Below are positions 28,331 through 42,749 of a DNA stretch of 64,000 nt, in pieces (the stretch's first letter is position 1; each line of letters begins with the position of its first letter). The translations under genes and the position numbers were made by a program. Below the pieces are notes generated by a model. That model had not been told where the DNA came from. It made no database searches and saw nothing but the letters and a program-made list of their open reading frames with translations. Location of the stretch: contig OZ024741.1 in NCBI GenBank assembly GCA_964016885.1, positions 122,822,001-122,886,000 on the forward strand, given 5' to 3'. This stretch comes from Eledone cirrhosa (Eukaryota).

Positions 28331-28844
28331 CTGGAGATCTTTCTGCACTTGTCGTCACACGGTACCATGGGCCCAGCACTATGTGTCAATAATTGTCACA
28401 AGTGTAGTGTTTGTACCAGAGTTTTCAAGTCGCTGGCTGGACTAAAAAGTCACACCGTTCAGCGCATCGGTAGGGGTTCTCCTACATGGATATAAAGTAG
28501 TGGCCCTACTCGAAAACGAGTTGGCAGCCACCATGAATGTATGTATCTAAGGGTCAATACAATATAACCAACTCAACTATCAATAATAGCTGAAGCTACT
28601 ATTCTAGTCACAAGCCTACTTAAGTTATCGAGAGGAATGTTCCCCTGTAATAACTTATCTTTAACATTGTTGGTCATAAAGATTATCATCTTTTTTTTCT
28701 ATTGAGGAAATGCCAATGCTACATGTTGGAATGTCCATAGGAGGTGGGAAGAATTAATGTCAGTTACAACTAAAGTTGTATTTACTCTTTTAGATTTTTA
28801 ATGATTTCAGTGATTAGACTGCACCAGGCTAAAGCATCGCAGCG

Positions 28845-29520
28845 AATGGATTGGCTCAGGTCACCTTACCCGTTAAATATAGAGGCCTCGCTCTGTCTGC
28901 TTTCCTTTCATCGGTGAGCACTTGCCATGAACTCATCAACAGTGTTCTCTACAACACAACTGACCTACCTGTGAGCGAGGAGCGCCAGGCGGGCTGCACA
29001 ACATGGAACCAACAGGGCCCAACACTGCCAACGGCCATCCTCCCTCTCTTCTCCGTAGATTTCCAGACAACCCCTAAAGAAATGGGACGCCATTATTTGT
29101 AACATGATTTCAGAAGAGCTTGGGCGCCAGTTTAACCAACACTGTCTTGCATGTTTCCACACGGCCTCCGCGTCTGTGAGTCTCACAAATGCCGCAGCAG
29201 TACTATTGTGGATCCCTTGGGTCTCCATCCACTGTCATACGGTACAGTGCTGACCGCCTCCTATGCCTCTTATGCCACAACGAGATCATTACGCATGCCC
29301 TGGTTGACGCAGGTTTCCCCTCCCAACTTGAGCCAGCAGGGCTGGACCAATGGTGCTATGATAAGCCAGACAGCATCATAATCTTCTCGTTCCGCGGGGT
29401 TGGCACCTCATCTGGAATGCCACATGCTGTGACACCATCACAAGTGGCAACATGGTGTATTTGGCTACCAGCCTAGGCTCTACACTCCACCAAGACGAAA
29501 AGGACAAACTATCCGCTCGG
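28845..29520 (+). mobile_element. CRE-type RLE LINE fragment, heavily decayed
   Basis: AQVTLPVKYRGL, LRVCESHKCRSSTIVDPLGLHPLS, HNEIITHALVDAGFPSQLEPAGLD..KPD, IWNATCCDT. Confidence 0.65.
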
Positions 29521-30110
29521 ATAGTTTTGTGGTAGGACTTGTAACAGTGGAGAATTCCGGCGTTTTTGCCCCTGCTATCGGAGCGGAGTTGGCCGCCAGC
29601 TAATGCGAACCTTCCGAGGTGGAATGGATGTTCCAGCGTGTCACCCTCACCGTCCCCGGGGCAATGCATTCTCTATCCTGTCGGCTGGCTCGTTCGGGCG
29701 TCAATTTGACACATATATTGAGTGATTTTATTTGTTGCAAGAACTAATGGCAGAAAATTAGTTACATGAGATATTTCGGCGTACTGTGGTCGATTCTTCT
29801 TCTAGTATATCTTTCTCTTACTTCCTCTCTCTCACGTTATATCCTTCCCTAAAAGGGCTTTTAAAAGGGCGAATGAACTCCTTAGATTCTACAGCAATCC
29901 ACCCAATTATGGGTTACATAGCTTTACCATGCCGCAATTGGCCAAGCAATGTCGGTACAGCCACATCTTTGTAGACATGATCAAAACCAAACAGAAGCGG
30001 TGGAGGTCAACTACGGAGGGTTTCTTCCAACAACACAGTATTTCGGGATATCATTTTGTCGAATCGCTAAATTTCGAGAAAAATACAAGCACATGTATGT
30101 ATGTATGTCG

Positions 30111-30740
30111 GGTCACTCTTGAGTGCTACTGGTAACATGTAACCCAGTACAACCTGTCGAATGGTCGGGTCGTCGGTGACTAAACCGGCAACCCCAGCAA
30201 GGTTACTTGGTGAAGAGGGGGTTTTGGACACCCTGCAGGACAAAAATCAAAACCTGGCAAAAGGCTGAAGAACTCATACGAGTCAACGGCCATCCAAAAA
30301 TGTGTAAATATGAATATGCATATACATGTGTATATATGTGTGCATGTATATGTATATATGTATGCATATGTATATATATATATATATATGCGCGGGGACA
30401 TAGAAATAATTGGGCTGGATACCCGATCGCGCGTTTAAACCACTGGGAGTGAAGGATCTCTAGCCTTTGCTAGGGCTTTCTTCTAGAAGGCAACTCAAGG
30501 AACTAGGATAACTCCGACATAAAACCTGCGGCTCAGTATTTACCGATGATGTTGATCTTTTCTTCTTTTAGGGTTATAGCTTCTGTGGCTCAGAGAGTGG
30601 GATTGGCTCAGTGCACAGTCTTTCCTCACTTAAAAAAACATCTTCACGCACAGGCATTGCATGATGGCATTAATTAATAATTATTAATAATGTTATATCG
30701 TACAATGGCCATACTCGATAATGAGGAGGATGTCATCATG
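30111..30740 (+). mobile_element. Non-autonomous RTE-related (bipartite SINE-like) element between (TATG)n tracts, with an internal microsatellite
   Basis: Homologous to both 27925-28330 (direct) and 27510-27786 (inverted); no ORF. Confidence 0.65.
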
Positions 30741-30812
30741 TATGTATGTAGGTAGGTGGGTAGGTAGGTAGGTATGTATGTAGGTAGGTGTGTAGAAAGG
30801 TAGGTATGTACG

Positions 30813-30871
<59 letters not shown>

Positions 30872-31980
30872 CAGGCTTCCGCACAATGTCCATCAACCAA
30901 AGTTTATCACAAGACACAGATATTCATTTTTACAGCAAAATAGACTATGATACTGAGGTCAATTTACTAATAACAACGCGACGCGCCTTAATATCCAAAT
31001 GGAGTTGGATTAATGCAGTTTTGTGCGAACATCTCACGCCTCCCAGATTTGGTCGCCGGCCCATTGCTAGTTTTTGTGGTATAAAATGGAGACTATAATA
31101 TATTTTCGAACTGGCTCCTCTACCCAAGGCCCGATCGCGTCCCTTGTTAACCCATGCGAAGCACGATGCGGTATGGGTTTCTTTTTTTGTTCCTCTAACC
31201 ATATTGCAGTTTTAGTTATCTTAATCGTGCCAGTCACCAATCTGGTACTTCTCAAAACCGCAAAGACGGGGCTTTTTTAGAAGCCGCCTTTACTATTCTC
31301 GTCATACCTACATCACTGGGTTGTATGCGATTTCTTAGAAGCTACAGGTGTCACCCATTGCTCTATCTCTCTTAGTAGTTTACCGCTGTCGGGCCGGGGC
31401 TGCTTACTCGTCTAGCAGCTGCAAGATTGGTGGATATCATCCTTGAGCTTGGAAATTCAGCAGGATTAGATGGGGACATATACTTTTGATAGGATTCGCT
31501 GGAAGGAGAAGTTCGCTTAACAGGACTCCTAACCCTTTTTAAATAGAAACTTATTGGAATAAACATTTATCATAAAAAGTGAAAGTCATATAAGGGTAAA
31601 TATCTGAGAAGATACTGAAACCTTATGTAAGTGTATCCTACCATCAACGTGTGATAGCTGAAGCACATTGCATTTACATTATTGTAGAACAGGTGATGCA
31701 TCTAAATAGCCAGTCAATGAAAGAGATAAGGTTGCCTACAAACCTCCACATTGTAATGGAAAAGGTCGATTGTGTCAGAACAATGCTATTGATATCACTC
31801 ACAAAATGGCAGCTACTCTAAAATACAAGATACATGCATACATATATGAATACATAAATTCATATACATATACAAACATGAATACATACCCATACATATA
31901 AAAAATACCATCATATATATATATAATAATAATAATAATAAAATGTGAAGAAGGAGCACACGAGTTGGAATATATATATA

Positions 31981-32339
31981 TATGAAAATACGGAGAAAAA
32001 GACAATTATTAGGAAGAAAATTCTTTTTTTTGCCCTTTTATTTTTTTCCCTTTTTTCTGGGTTAGGAAAACAAAATATTTTACTTTGTGTGAAGTGTTAA
32101 GGTATTAGTTAATATATTTATTAATTAACAATGGCATTTATTTATTTATATATTTATATATATATATATAAATAAATGCCATTGTTAATTAATAAATAAT
32201 TTAACTAATACCTTAACACTTCACACAAAGTAAAATATTTTGTTTTAAACATTTTCTAACCCAGAAAAAAGATAAAAAGATAAAAGGGAAACAAATATAT
32301 TTTTCTTTCTAATAATCGTCTTTTTTCCGCATTTTCATA
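31981..32339. repeat. AT-rich inverted repeat centred on (TA)n
   Basis: aaatattttactttgtgtgaagtgttaaggtattagtt..aatggcatttattt versus its reverse complement at 32170-32245; outer arms also pair. Confidence 0.88.
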
Positions 32340-32344
32340 TATAT

Positions 32345-32376
<32 letters not shown>

Positions 32377-32986
32377 GTGCATAAATTCACTCATACAATT
32401 ATAAATACATCCATACAAACATTCCCACCTGTTCATATATATAAATACTTCGATTTATAAATACTTGAGTACGTATATACATACATGCATACTATACAAT
32501 TCAATTGAATTCAATACACACATTCATATATCTCACAACATTTGACACGAATACAGGGCTGGTACTTTTTCTATCCACTTGAAATTGACGAAAAGCAAAG
32601 TTGACTTCGACGTCTTTCGAACCCATCACGCAGAGGACAGGAATGAATTCCGGAAAGCATTCTAATGAAAGTTCTGATGGCTTTACCAATTTGCTGTCTA
32701 TTAAATCTAGTATCGACACCCCTATAATCGTTATATGTATACTGTACAGAAACAGAGAAATAAATGGGCTATATAGATCCACGCACACAGGCAAACACAT
32801 ACACACACACACATACATACACACACAAGTACACAGACATACACATTCAAGCGCAGATAAATATTCATATGCACTTCTACACATACATAGAAGCCAATAG
32901 CTAACTGTGCTGATATACACTCGAAGCACGAGATTCATGAATCCATATATTTACATATATACATATACATATACATCTTCCGAAAT

Positions 32987-33102
<116 letters not shown>

Positions 33103-34495
33103 ACTCACTCACTCCCTCTCTCTCTCTCTATCTCCCACTCCCTCTCTCTCTCTCTGCATGTACACGCACACGCACACATAAGCACGCGTATGTGTCTATG
33201 TGTGTGTTTATGTGTGTACATATTGGAATTTTTCGCCAAAATATATTTACATCAGTCCTAATTAGTACGCAATCATGTAATCAGCTTCTATTGATGAGAA
33301 GATTAACTTAGTTTCATTTTTAGCTCCCGGAATTTTCCAGAATTTCTCCAAAATGTTCGACTAGTACTAGATATTTTTGAAATATACCAGAGAATATAAT
33401 AAATTAATGAAGAGATAATCAGTATTAGACTCTCATTTAATTTTATTCAATTATGTATGAAAACGATTGATTCGTACCGGTATCGGTGTTGTAAAAAAAG
33501 TTAGGAAATACTGATAATTGTTACTGCTGTAGTTGTTGTTGCTGCTGTTATTGTCGTTGTTATTGCTGTTCCTTTTTACTTCATGCTGTGCAATAATCGA
33601 GATGACCTTAGATTAAAGGTGATCTAATTTTGACTATCTTGCTTCCTGTTTTTTTTCAGTCGATCTAGGCCATATGTATACGTTTATAAGTGTATGTGAT
33701 TGCTGATGAGCGAGATAGTATGGGTGTGTGTGTGTGTATATGTATATGTATATGTATGTGTGTGGGTATGTGTGTGTGTATGTATGTTTGTGTATATGTG
33801 TGTATGTGTGTGTGTTTGTGCGTGTCTGTGGCTTCTAATTGCAGCACGTCTCATTTTAGCATACGCTTAAGACTTTGTTGTTGCCTTAAAGATGCTAATG
33901 ATTTTTCTTGATGATATTCAGGAAAATTCATACGTCTGAATTTTGCTTTTAGTCAAGACAGTTGAATAATAAGCCAAAATCTCGATTATTATGAACATTC
34001 CCAACTCTTTAAACAAATCATCTGTATAACAGAATGTATTGATTTCTCCTTTGATAATCTCTATAGAATAAGTTTTGATAACATAGAACTTCACCTGTTT
34101 ATTCTGATTCATGATACTACAACATCTATGTGATTGGTATTTCCTAACTGTATTAAAGAGGTGCATTGTAGTGATCTACAGTAACGATTTCCTGCTCCTG
34201 CTTTGTATAAAAGAGAACAACTGGAATCTGCATTAAAAATTCAGTTTCAATCGCAAGACTTATGTCAGTTACGATGCTGAATATGGTTTCCCGTAGATGA
34301 TTTATTTCCTATCTGAATGAAACGCATATATGTAGATGTATATGTATATATATATATATATATATATGGGGGGGGGGTACATATATTTATATATGTATAT
34401 ATATATATTATATATATGAATATGTATATATATATACATATAAGTCGGAAAGGTACAGGAAAAAAGAGTGCTCTATGTAGGCTACAGAGCTTACT

Positions 34496-34864
<369 letters not shown>

Positions 34865-35055
34865 TAAATATACATATATATATATATGAGGTATCCTCTT
34901 GATAAGTCGGCAGACCTCGCAAGGACTCTATGTCTTTATGATATATTGTTTTTGTTTATGCCACGAAACTACGTAGTCGAGGAATTTAGGAGCAGTTTAG
35001 GTATGATACATTTTATTACTAATTATATCTAAATGTTTCTTCTCTCTTCATAATG

Positions 35056-35087
<32 letters not shown>

Positions 35088-35107
35088 CATATGTATATAT
35101 ATATATA

Positions 35108-35755
35108 TATTTCGTTTCTGAATTTGTTTAGCAAGATTCTTTATCTGAAATCGTGTGTTGAAACCGATATTGTTATACTTTGGGAGGGTCATGTTGCCAA
35201 TAGGAAACACACGCACCAGTTGCTTTCACTTCAATTTATTATATATTTATAAATTTATAAATTTATAAATTTACAAATCTACAAACTTATAAGTTTCTGG
35301 TTGGTTGGTTGGTTCCACAACCAGATAGTTGTTTATATATAGTCATAGTCCTTTCGTCACACACTCTGTGACCTCATCAGTGACTGGGGATTCCTTTCTT
35401 TGTTTCTGTGCCTTTCCTTTCTTCTGTCCTACGCCATTTTGTTTCTGTGAGTGTGTTGTGTGCTCCGTTTGCGCATGCGCCACATCCGGGTGTCTGTGTG
35501 TGTTTGTGTTCATTTATCTATTTGTTTATTTATTTACATGTTGTTGGTTGGTTGTTTGTTCTATGTGTGTGTGTGTTTTCATTTTGTCCTTAATTGTAAG
35601 TTGTGATGTTGCTGTTCCACTCATATTTTCTATTTAATTTTGGTTGTAATTCTTTTATGCTTACTGCTTCTGTAATTTGCCTAAACATTGCATCTTTTCT
35701 GTGTGTGGATTCTATTTTTATTTCTATGTTCTCTAATTTACCCTTGTGTTTCTTA
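35108..35755 (-). mobile_element. Short 3'-end copy (pseudo-LTR) of the Neptune/Nematis-like PLE
   Basis: HKGKLENIEIKIESTHRKDAMFRQITEAV..PKLNRKYEWN plus 3'UTR homologous to 36450-37030; ends in (TA)n. Confidence 0.88.
35341..35385 (-). ncRNA. Minimal type-I hammerhead in PLE pseudo-LTR
   Basis: Sense AGTCA-CTGATGA-G-GTCACA gagtg TGTGAC-GAAAG-GA-CTA-TGACT; homologues at 36648-36690 (-) and 41328-41370 (+). Confidence 0.72.
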
Positions 35756-35781
35756 TTGGCAACATGACCCTCCCAAAGTAT

Positions 35782-35844
<63 letters not shown>

Positions 35845-36092
35845 AAGAGAGGGAAAGAACCATATATTGTTTGAGGAACACATTTTCCTGTACATATATA
35901 TAGACCAAATAATATTCAGGAGAATATATATACTTTAAGATAGCAAAAAGTCATTACAAATGTATTAATTTGTTGAATTACATGAAACAGCGTTGTAAGG
36001 GAAATGAGTCTTACCATCTTCAAGTATGTATATTTTCCTGAATACATTTATATACATACAATAACATACATATATACATACATATATATACA

Positions 36093-36163
<71 letters not shown>

Positions 36164-36167
36164 TATA

Positions 36168-36226
<59 letters not shown>

Positions 36227-36413
36227 ATATATATATGTGGGAAGAGATATATTCGATATGTCTCATATGAAATAATACAGCCAATTTTCCACACAATACA
36301 ATTAGTTATCACCCCGAACGTTTAATTAGGAATATACTCATTTATTTCCTAATGTTTGTTGAGTAAGTTGGGATTTGGCCGGAGTATCGCTAAAAGCTTT
36401 CTCCGATAATGTA

Positions 36414-36447
<34 letters not shown>

Positions 36448-36451
<4 letters not shown>

Positions 36452-38127
36452 TCGTTTCTGAATTTGTGTAGCAAGATTCTTTATCTGAAAACGTGTGTTG
36501 AAACCGATATTGTTATACTTTGGGAGGGTCATGTTGCTAATAAGAAACACACGCACCAGATACATTCATTCCAATTTATTATGAATTAAATTTATAAATT
36601 TCCGCCTTGGTTGGTTGGTTCCACAACCGCACGGTTGTTCATATATTGTCAAAGTTCTTTCGACACACATTATGTGACCTCTTCAGTGACTGGGAATTCT
36701 TTTCTTTGTTTTTGTGTCCTACGCCATCTTGTTCTAGTGTGTGTGTTGTGTGCTTAGTTTGCGCATGTGTTACATCCGGGTGTCTGTGTGTGTTTATATT
36801 TGTTTATTTATTTGTTTTTTTACATGTTACTGGTTGGTTCTTTGTTCTATGTGTGTGTGTGTTTTCATTTTGTCCCTAATTGTAAGTTGTGATGTTGCTA
36901 TTCCATTCATGTTTTCTATTTAATTTTGGTTGGAGTTCATTTATGTTTATTACCTCTCTGATTTGTCTAAACATTGGGTCTTTTCTGTGTCTAGATTCTA
37001 TTTTTATTTCTATGTTCTCTAATTTACCCTTATGTTCTATTTTAGAATGTTGGTGGAGTACAGATGATTCTTCTCTATCTTGAAGCTCTCGCCAGTGTTC
37101 ATTTATCCGTTCTCCTATACTACGAGCTGTCTCACCTATGTACACTATATTCTTATCTCTGCATTATCCTTCAGTACATCTTGTGCTATATACTACATTT
37201 TTACTTTTACAGTTAATATGGAGTCTTAGTTTACAGATTATACATTTCTTATCTATACAGGGAGGTCTTTGAAATGGGTATGTATTGCTAATAAATGTTT
37301 TTATGGAGGTACTTGGTCTTTCTACTATCTTAATATTGAGTTTATGTTTATCTAGGGCCCTTCTGAATTTGTAAGCTAATTCACCTCTAGGGGTTGTATT
37401 GATGGACATTACACTCCGGCATTTATTGCTATCATACCAACAGTTTATTCTATTAACCTTATTCCTAGTTCTTTCTATTCTATTCCAAAATTTGCTCCTA
37501 TACAAGGGGCAGGTCCCATTTGTATCATTATTTACCATTTTTTCCCATTTGGTTCTGGCTCCTCTATATACTCTGATTTTATCTCTGATTGTAACCAGAG
37601 AACTGCATACGGTGGATGAAGTGTTGTATGAGTCACCCTAGTTCTTTGGGGTTGCATATGCGGGACACGTTTCTCATCACCCGTACCAAATCCGCAATGA
37701 GTATGTTGATTTTGGTGTGGTCCGAAACAGCTGAGTTTCGGTGGATCAGATATTTGGAAGTCATGGGTTTGGCATAATGGGAATGGAGGATTTGTTTTTG
37801 TTATTAATGGTTTCTAACCAGACCTCTGCGTCTAGTACAGGTAATCGATGGTTGGGGTGTTTGCTTGGGTAGTCTATAGTAACTCTAATACCCTGTTGGA
37901 TGGAGTTAGCTATTTGCTGGATGCTTTCCATGTTGTTTTTCTCTATTTCCTGACTGTTCTCTAGCGGGGGTGTTTTTTCTACGATGTTTATATCATCAAC
38001 GTAGCAGGAGTACATTATCAGTGTTAAGAAGTTGCTGTCTTCTAATTGTTCTTTAAGTTTAAGTTTAAGTCTATTGTCCCACCATACCATGAATAGGTTA
38101 GCTATCTCACCTGCAATGTTAACACCA
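36448..38127 (-). mobile_element. 5'-truncated inverted copy of the Neptune/Nematis-like PLE
   Basis: GVNIAGEIANLFMVWWD, YVDDI, RLPVLD, Cys-rich linker PCIDKKCIICK..NCKSKNVVY, YIGETARSIGERINEH, LNRKHEW. Confidence 0.9.
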
Positions 38128-41100
38128 GTGCGTATGTTGTTACTTTTGTTTTTGTTTTTGAGGCTCCAACGTAATTTTGTAAATGATTTTTCTATTTCTG
38201 ACAAGCATTTTATCATATTTACCATATTATATGTGGCATATTTACGTTGGAGCCTCAAAAACAAAAAAAAAGTAACAACATACGCACGCACACACACACA
38301 CACATACAACACACAACACATCCCAGAAACAACAGACACACTGACACAAACAACGATAACAACAACACACACATCAACAATAATAACATACTCAGAAACA
38401 ACAACAGCAGACACACAGACACAAACAACAATAATAACATACACGGAGACAACGACAACAACACACATCAACAACATCACACATCAACAACAACAACAAA
38501 ACACACACATTCTATGCCTCTCAACACCACCACAATCTTAACAAACACACAGACACAGAAAACAGGTAATGACAGTAACACAGAAGTAAGGGAAGGTAAT
38601 GGGATTGAAAGGAGAAGGGAGACTATCGATACTGACAGAGAAAATAACCAGGACGAACACACAGACAACACACAAAATAGAGTAGATAATAACAATGAGC
38701 CAGAGGAAAGAGACAGGAGTAATAATGAGAGAAATAGAAACAACACAACTAACAATAACAATAGCAATAGTACACATAAAGCAGCAGACTGGAACTCTAC
38801 TTTTTATAATCCATCTGATATGCTCTTCGACCTACGACGAGTCCACGCCACGACTTTAGCTTTTAACAATCAGAAGCACAATTTAGTATAGCTAGATCTA
38901 AACTTAGAAATATTATAGAACAGTATAGCAAGAAGCAAAATAGAATGGAGACCCAGCAGCTGGGAGAAAAATCTGCAAATGGCTTGCGTAAGCTCATGCA
39001 GCGCTCGCGTAATGGAGAGATTGAATGCTTTCCAACAGACAAGTCTGGGAGAATGTCGGTTGACTGTCTGTCAAACTACACCCAGTCAATGCAACCCCAC
39101 ATCACTAACACAAGAGAAGTAACATCACAAGAGCATGAGGATAGAGAGAAAACGCTCAATGCCCATATGATGATGTGGAAAACATAATGCAGCCAAATAA
39201 AAGGACTGCCAACAACTTTCCGGCCTGGAACAATGACGTGCCAGCGTTGTTTGGCTTCGATAAGACCATAAAACGAGCACTGACCCTGTCACAGGACAAC
39301 CAACACGGCCAGTCTGTGGAGCTAACATTGATAGTAACTACAGACTTTCCTCCTTCCTCTCCCTGATCATACGTCCCATCATTGAAATGTCCCCAGATAT
39401 ATGTGACAGCACGGAGGATCTCCTCAGCAGAATCAGCGAAAGTAACAGATCTAGGGACCTAACAAACTGTATAATAGGTAGTATGGATGTTGTGTCCCTA
39501 TATCCATCCATTGACGTGGATTTTGCTGTGGAGAAATACGTAGAAATGATCAGTGAGAGCAATGTTGAATTCCGTGGGATTGATACCAGTGAGCTGGGAT
39601 ACCTACTTAAACTTACCTATAGTAATGATTATCTAGATACATATGACCTTAGCGACCTGTGCCCTACAAGACCAGCAAGTGGCAGACCACCTACCATTTC
39701 CTCAATGGCCAAGAAAACCCACCCAGATAGATGGAACGGGTGGACCAGAGCCATACGGATCCCCCAAAACCACGATGAACTCAAGAAAATGATTGCACAT
39801 GCGGTGGGGGCCAGTATAAAATTAACCCTTAAGGAACATATGTTCAAATTTAATGGAAAAACATATGCCCAAGAGGAGGGAGCAGCCATTGGTGTTAGCA
39901 TTGCAGGTGAGATAGCTAACCTATTCATGGTATGGTGGGACAATAGACTTAAACTTAAACTTAAAGAACAATTAGAAGACAGCAACCTCTTAACCCTGAT
40001 AATGTACTCTCGCTACGTTGATGATATAAAAATCGAAGTAAAAACATCTCCACTAGAGAGCATTCAGGAAATAGAGAAAAACAACATGGAAAGCATCCAG
40101 CAAATAGCTAACACCATCCATTAGAGTATTATAGTTACTATAGACTACCCAAGCAAACACCCAACCATCGATTACCTGTACTAGACACAGAGCTCTGGTT
40201 AGAAACCATTAATAACAAAAGCAAATCCTCCATTCCTATTATGCCAAACCCATGACTCCCAAATATCTGATCCACCGAAACTCAGCTGTTTCGGACCACA
40301 CTAAAATCAACATACTGATTGAGGATTTGGTACAGGGGATGAGAAACGTGTCCCGCATGTGCAACCCCAAAGAACTAGGGAGACACATACAACACTTCAT
40401 CCACCGCATGCAGTTCCCTGGTTACAATCAGAGAGATAAAATCAGAGTATATAGAGGAGCCAGAACCAAATGGGAAAAAGGTAAATAATGATACAAATGG
40501 GACCTGCCCCTTGTATAGGAGCAAATTTTGGAATAGAATAGAAAGAACTAGGAATAAAGTTAATGAATAAACTGATGGTATGAAAGTAATAAATACCAGA
40601 GTGTAATGTTCATCAATACAACCCCTAGAGGTGAATTAGCTTACAAATAATTTAGAAGGGCCTTTGATAAACATAACTCAATATTAAGATAGTAGAAACA
40701 CCAGGTACCTCCATAAAAACACTTATTAGCAATACATACCCTTTTCAAAGACCTCTCTGTATAAATAAGAAATGTATAATCTGTAAACTAAGCCCCCATA
40801 TTAACTGTAAAACTAAAAATGTAGTATATAGCATAAGATGTACTGAAGGACAATGCACAGATAAGAATATAGTGTACATAGGTGAGACAGATCGTAGTAT
40901 AGGAGAACGGATAAATGAACACTGGCGAGAGCTTCAAGATAGAAACGAATCATCTGTACTCCACCAACATGCTAAAATAGAACATAAGGGTAAATTAGAG
41001 AACATAGAAATAAAATTAGAATCTACAAACACAAAAGACGCAATATTTAGACACATCACATAAATGAACTTCAACCAAAATTAAATAGAAAATATGAATG

Positions 41101-41502
41101 GAATAGCAACATCACAACTTACAATTGAGGACAAAATGAAAACACACACACACATAAAACAAAGAACCAACCAGTAACATGTAAATAAACAAATAAATAA
41201 ACAAATATACAAACACACTGACACCCGGATGTAACACATGCGCAAACTAAGCACACAACACACACAAAAACAAGATGGCGTAGGACAGAACAAAGGAGAG
41301 GCACAAAAACAAAGAAAAGCATCTCCAGTCATTGAAGAGGTCACATAATGTGTGACGAAAGAACTTTGACAATATATGAACAACCGTCCGGAAATTTATA
41401 AATTCTTAAATTTATAAATTTAATTTATAATATATTTGAGTGAAAGAAACTGGTGCGTGTGTTTCTTATTGGCAACATAACCCCCCCAAAGCATAACAAT
41501 AT
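38128..41502 (+). mobile_element. Penelope-like element (RT + C-terminal GIY-YIG; Neptune/Nematis-like), decayed
   Basis: PTDKSGR, GSMDVVSLYPSID, QEEGAAIGVSIAGEIANLFM, SRYVDDI (39387-40124), YIGETDRSIGERINEH (40872-41063); stops and frameshifts. Confidence 0.92.
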
Positions 41503-41513
41503 ATATATTTATA

Positions 41514-41651
<138 letters not shown>

Positions 41652-41837
41652 TACATACTTATATATATATATAACAAAAATGAAAATTTTCGCTCTACAT
41701 TGTGAATACAAAGTAATCTGAATTTTTCGAATATTAATAACATTCGATTCGTTTGCAATTATGCAAACACGCCTCAATTTTATAGCCATGTCAGTAGAAT
41801 GAACCCTTTATTCTTGCTCTTGTGTTGGTATGTGAAC

Positions 41838-41888
41838 AGAACTGCAGACAGTAATGTTTCTGGGTATCACCCTTCATCAGTACAGCTC
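41838..41888 (-). ncRNA. Type-I hammerhead ribozyme, unit A
   Basis: Sense GAGCTGTA-CTGATGA-AGGGTGATACCCA-GAAAC-ATTACT-GTC-TGCAGTTC. Confidence 0.8.
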
Positions 41889-42683
41889 ACTTTCACCTGC
41901 CAAACAGTCAGAGCTAGTGAAAATATATAATATATTCAAAAATGCACAGTGACTGATCGGCCTGATTTGCATATTAGCAGACTAGTTGATCTCTCAAATC
42001 TGCATATTAGCAGATCCACTGATCAGCCAGATTTGCATATTAGCAGACAGGCCAGTCAGTTTCCTGTATACGAGCGATAAATATAAAATTTTCGCTCTAC
42101 ATGGCTGAATACAATAAATGTTTTTTCGAATATTAATAACGAGATTCGATTGATTTGCAATTATGCAAACAAGCCTCAATTTTATATAGCCATGTCAGTA
42201 GAATGAACCCTTCCTTCTTGATCTTGTGTTGGCATGTGAACAGAACTGCAGACACTAATGTTTATGGGATTCACCCTTCATCAGTATTGCTCACGGTTCA
42301 CCTGCCAAACTGTCAGAGCTAGTGAAAATAAATGCTATTTTCAAAAATACACAGTGTCTGATCGGCCTGATTTGCATATTAGGAGACTGGATGATCAGTC
42401 AGATCTGCATATTGGCAAATCCATTGATCAGCCAGATTTGCATATCAGCAGACTGGCTTCTCAGTTTCCTGTAATCGAGCAAGAAGTTGCCGGCTTTGCC
42501 AAATTCAAATAAAAAAGAAAATTTGGTCAGTCTGCTGATATGCAAATCTGTCTTATCAGTGGATCTGCTAATATGCAGATCTGACTGATCAGCCAGTCTG
42601 TTATTAGGGAAATCAGGCCGATAAGTCACTGTGTACTTTTCAAAAAGTAGCATATATTTTCACTTGCTCTGACAGTTTGGCAG

Positions 42684-42749
42684 GTGAACAGTGAGCTGTA
42701 CTGATGAAGGGTGATACCCAGAAACATTAGTGTCTGCAGTTCTGTTCAC
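42684..42749 (+). ncRNA. Type-I hammerhead ribozyme, inverted unit (best preserved in the array)
   Basis: GTGAACA-gt-GAGCTGTA CTGATGA aGGGT gat ACCCa GAA ACA ttag TGT C TGCAGTTC TGTTCAC; predicted cleavage after C42734. Confidence 0.85.

Noticed and set aside
38032-38891. Thr/Asn-rich mucin-like ORFs
   Set aside because: CA-rich low-complexity 5' region of the PLE.
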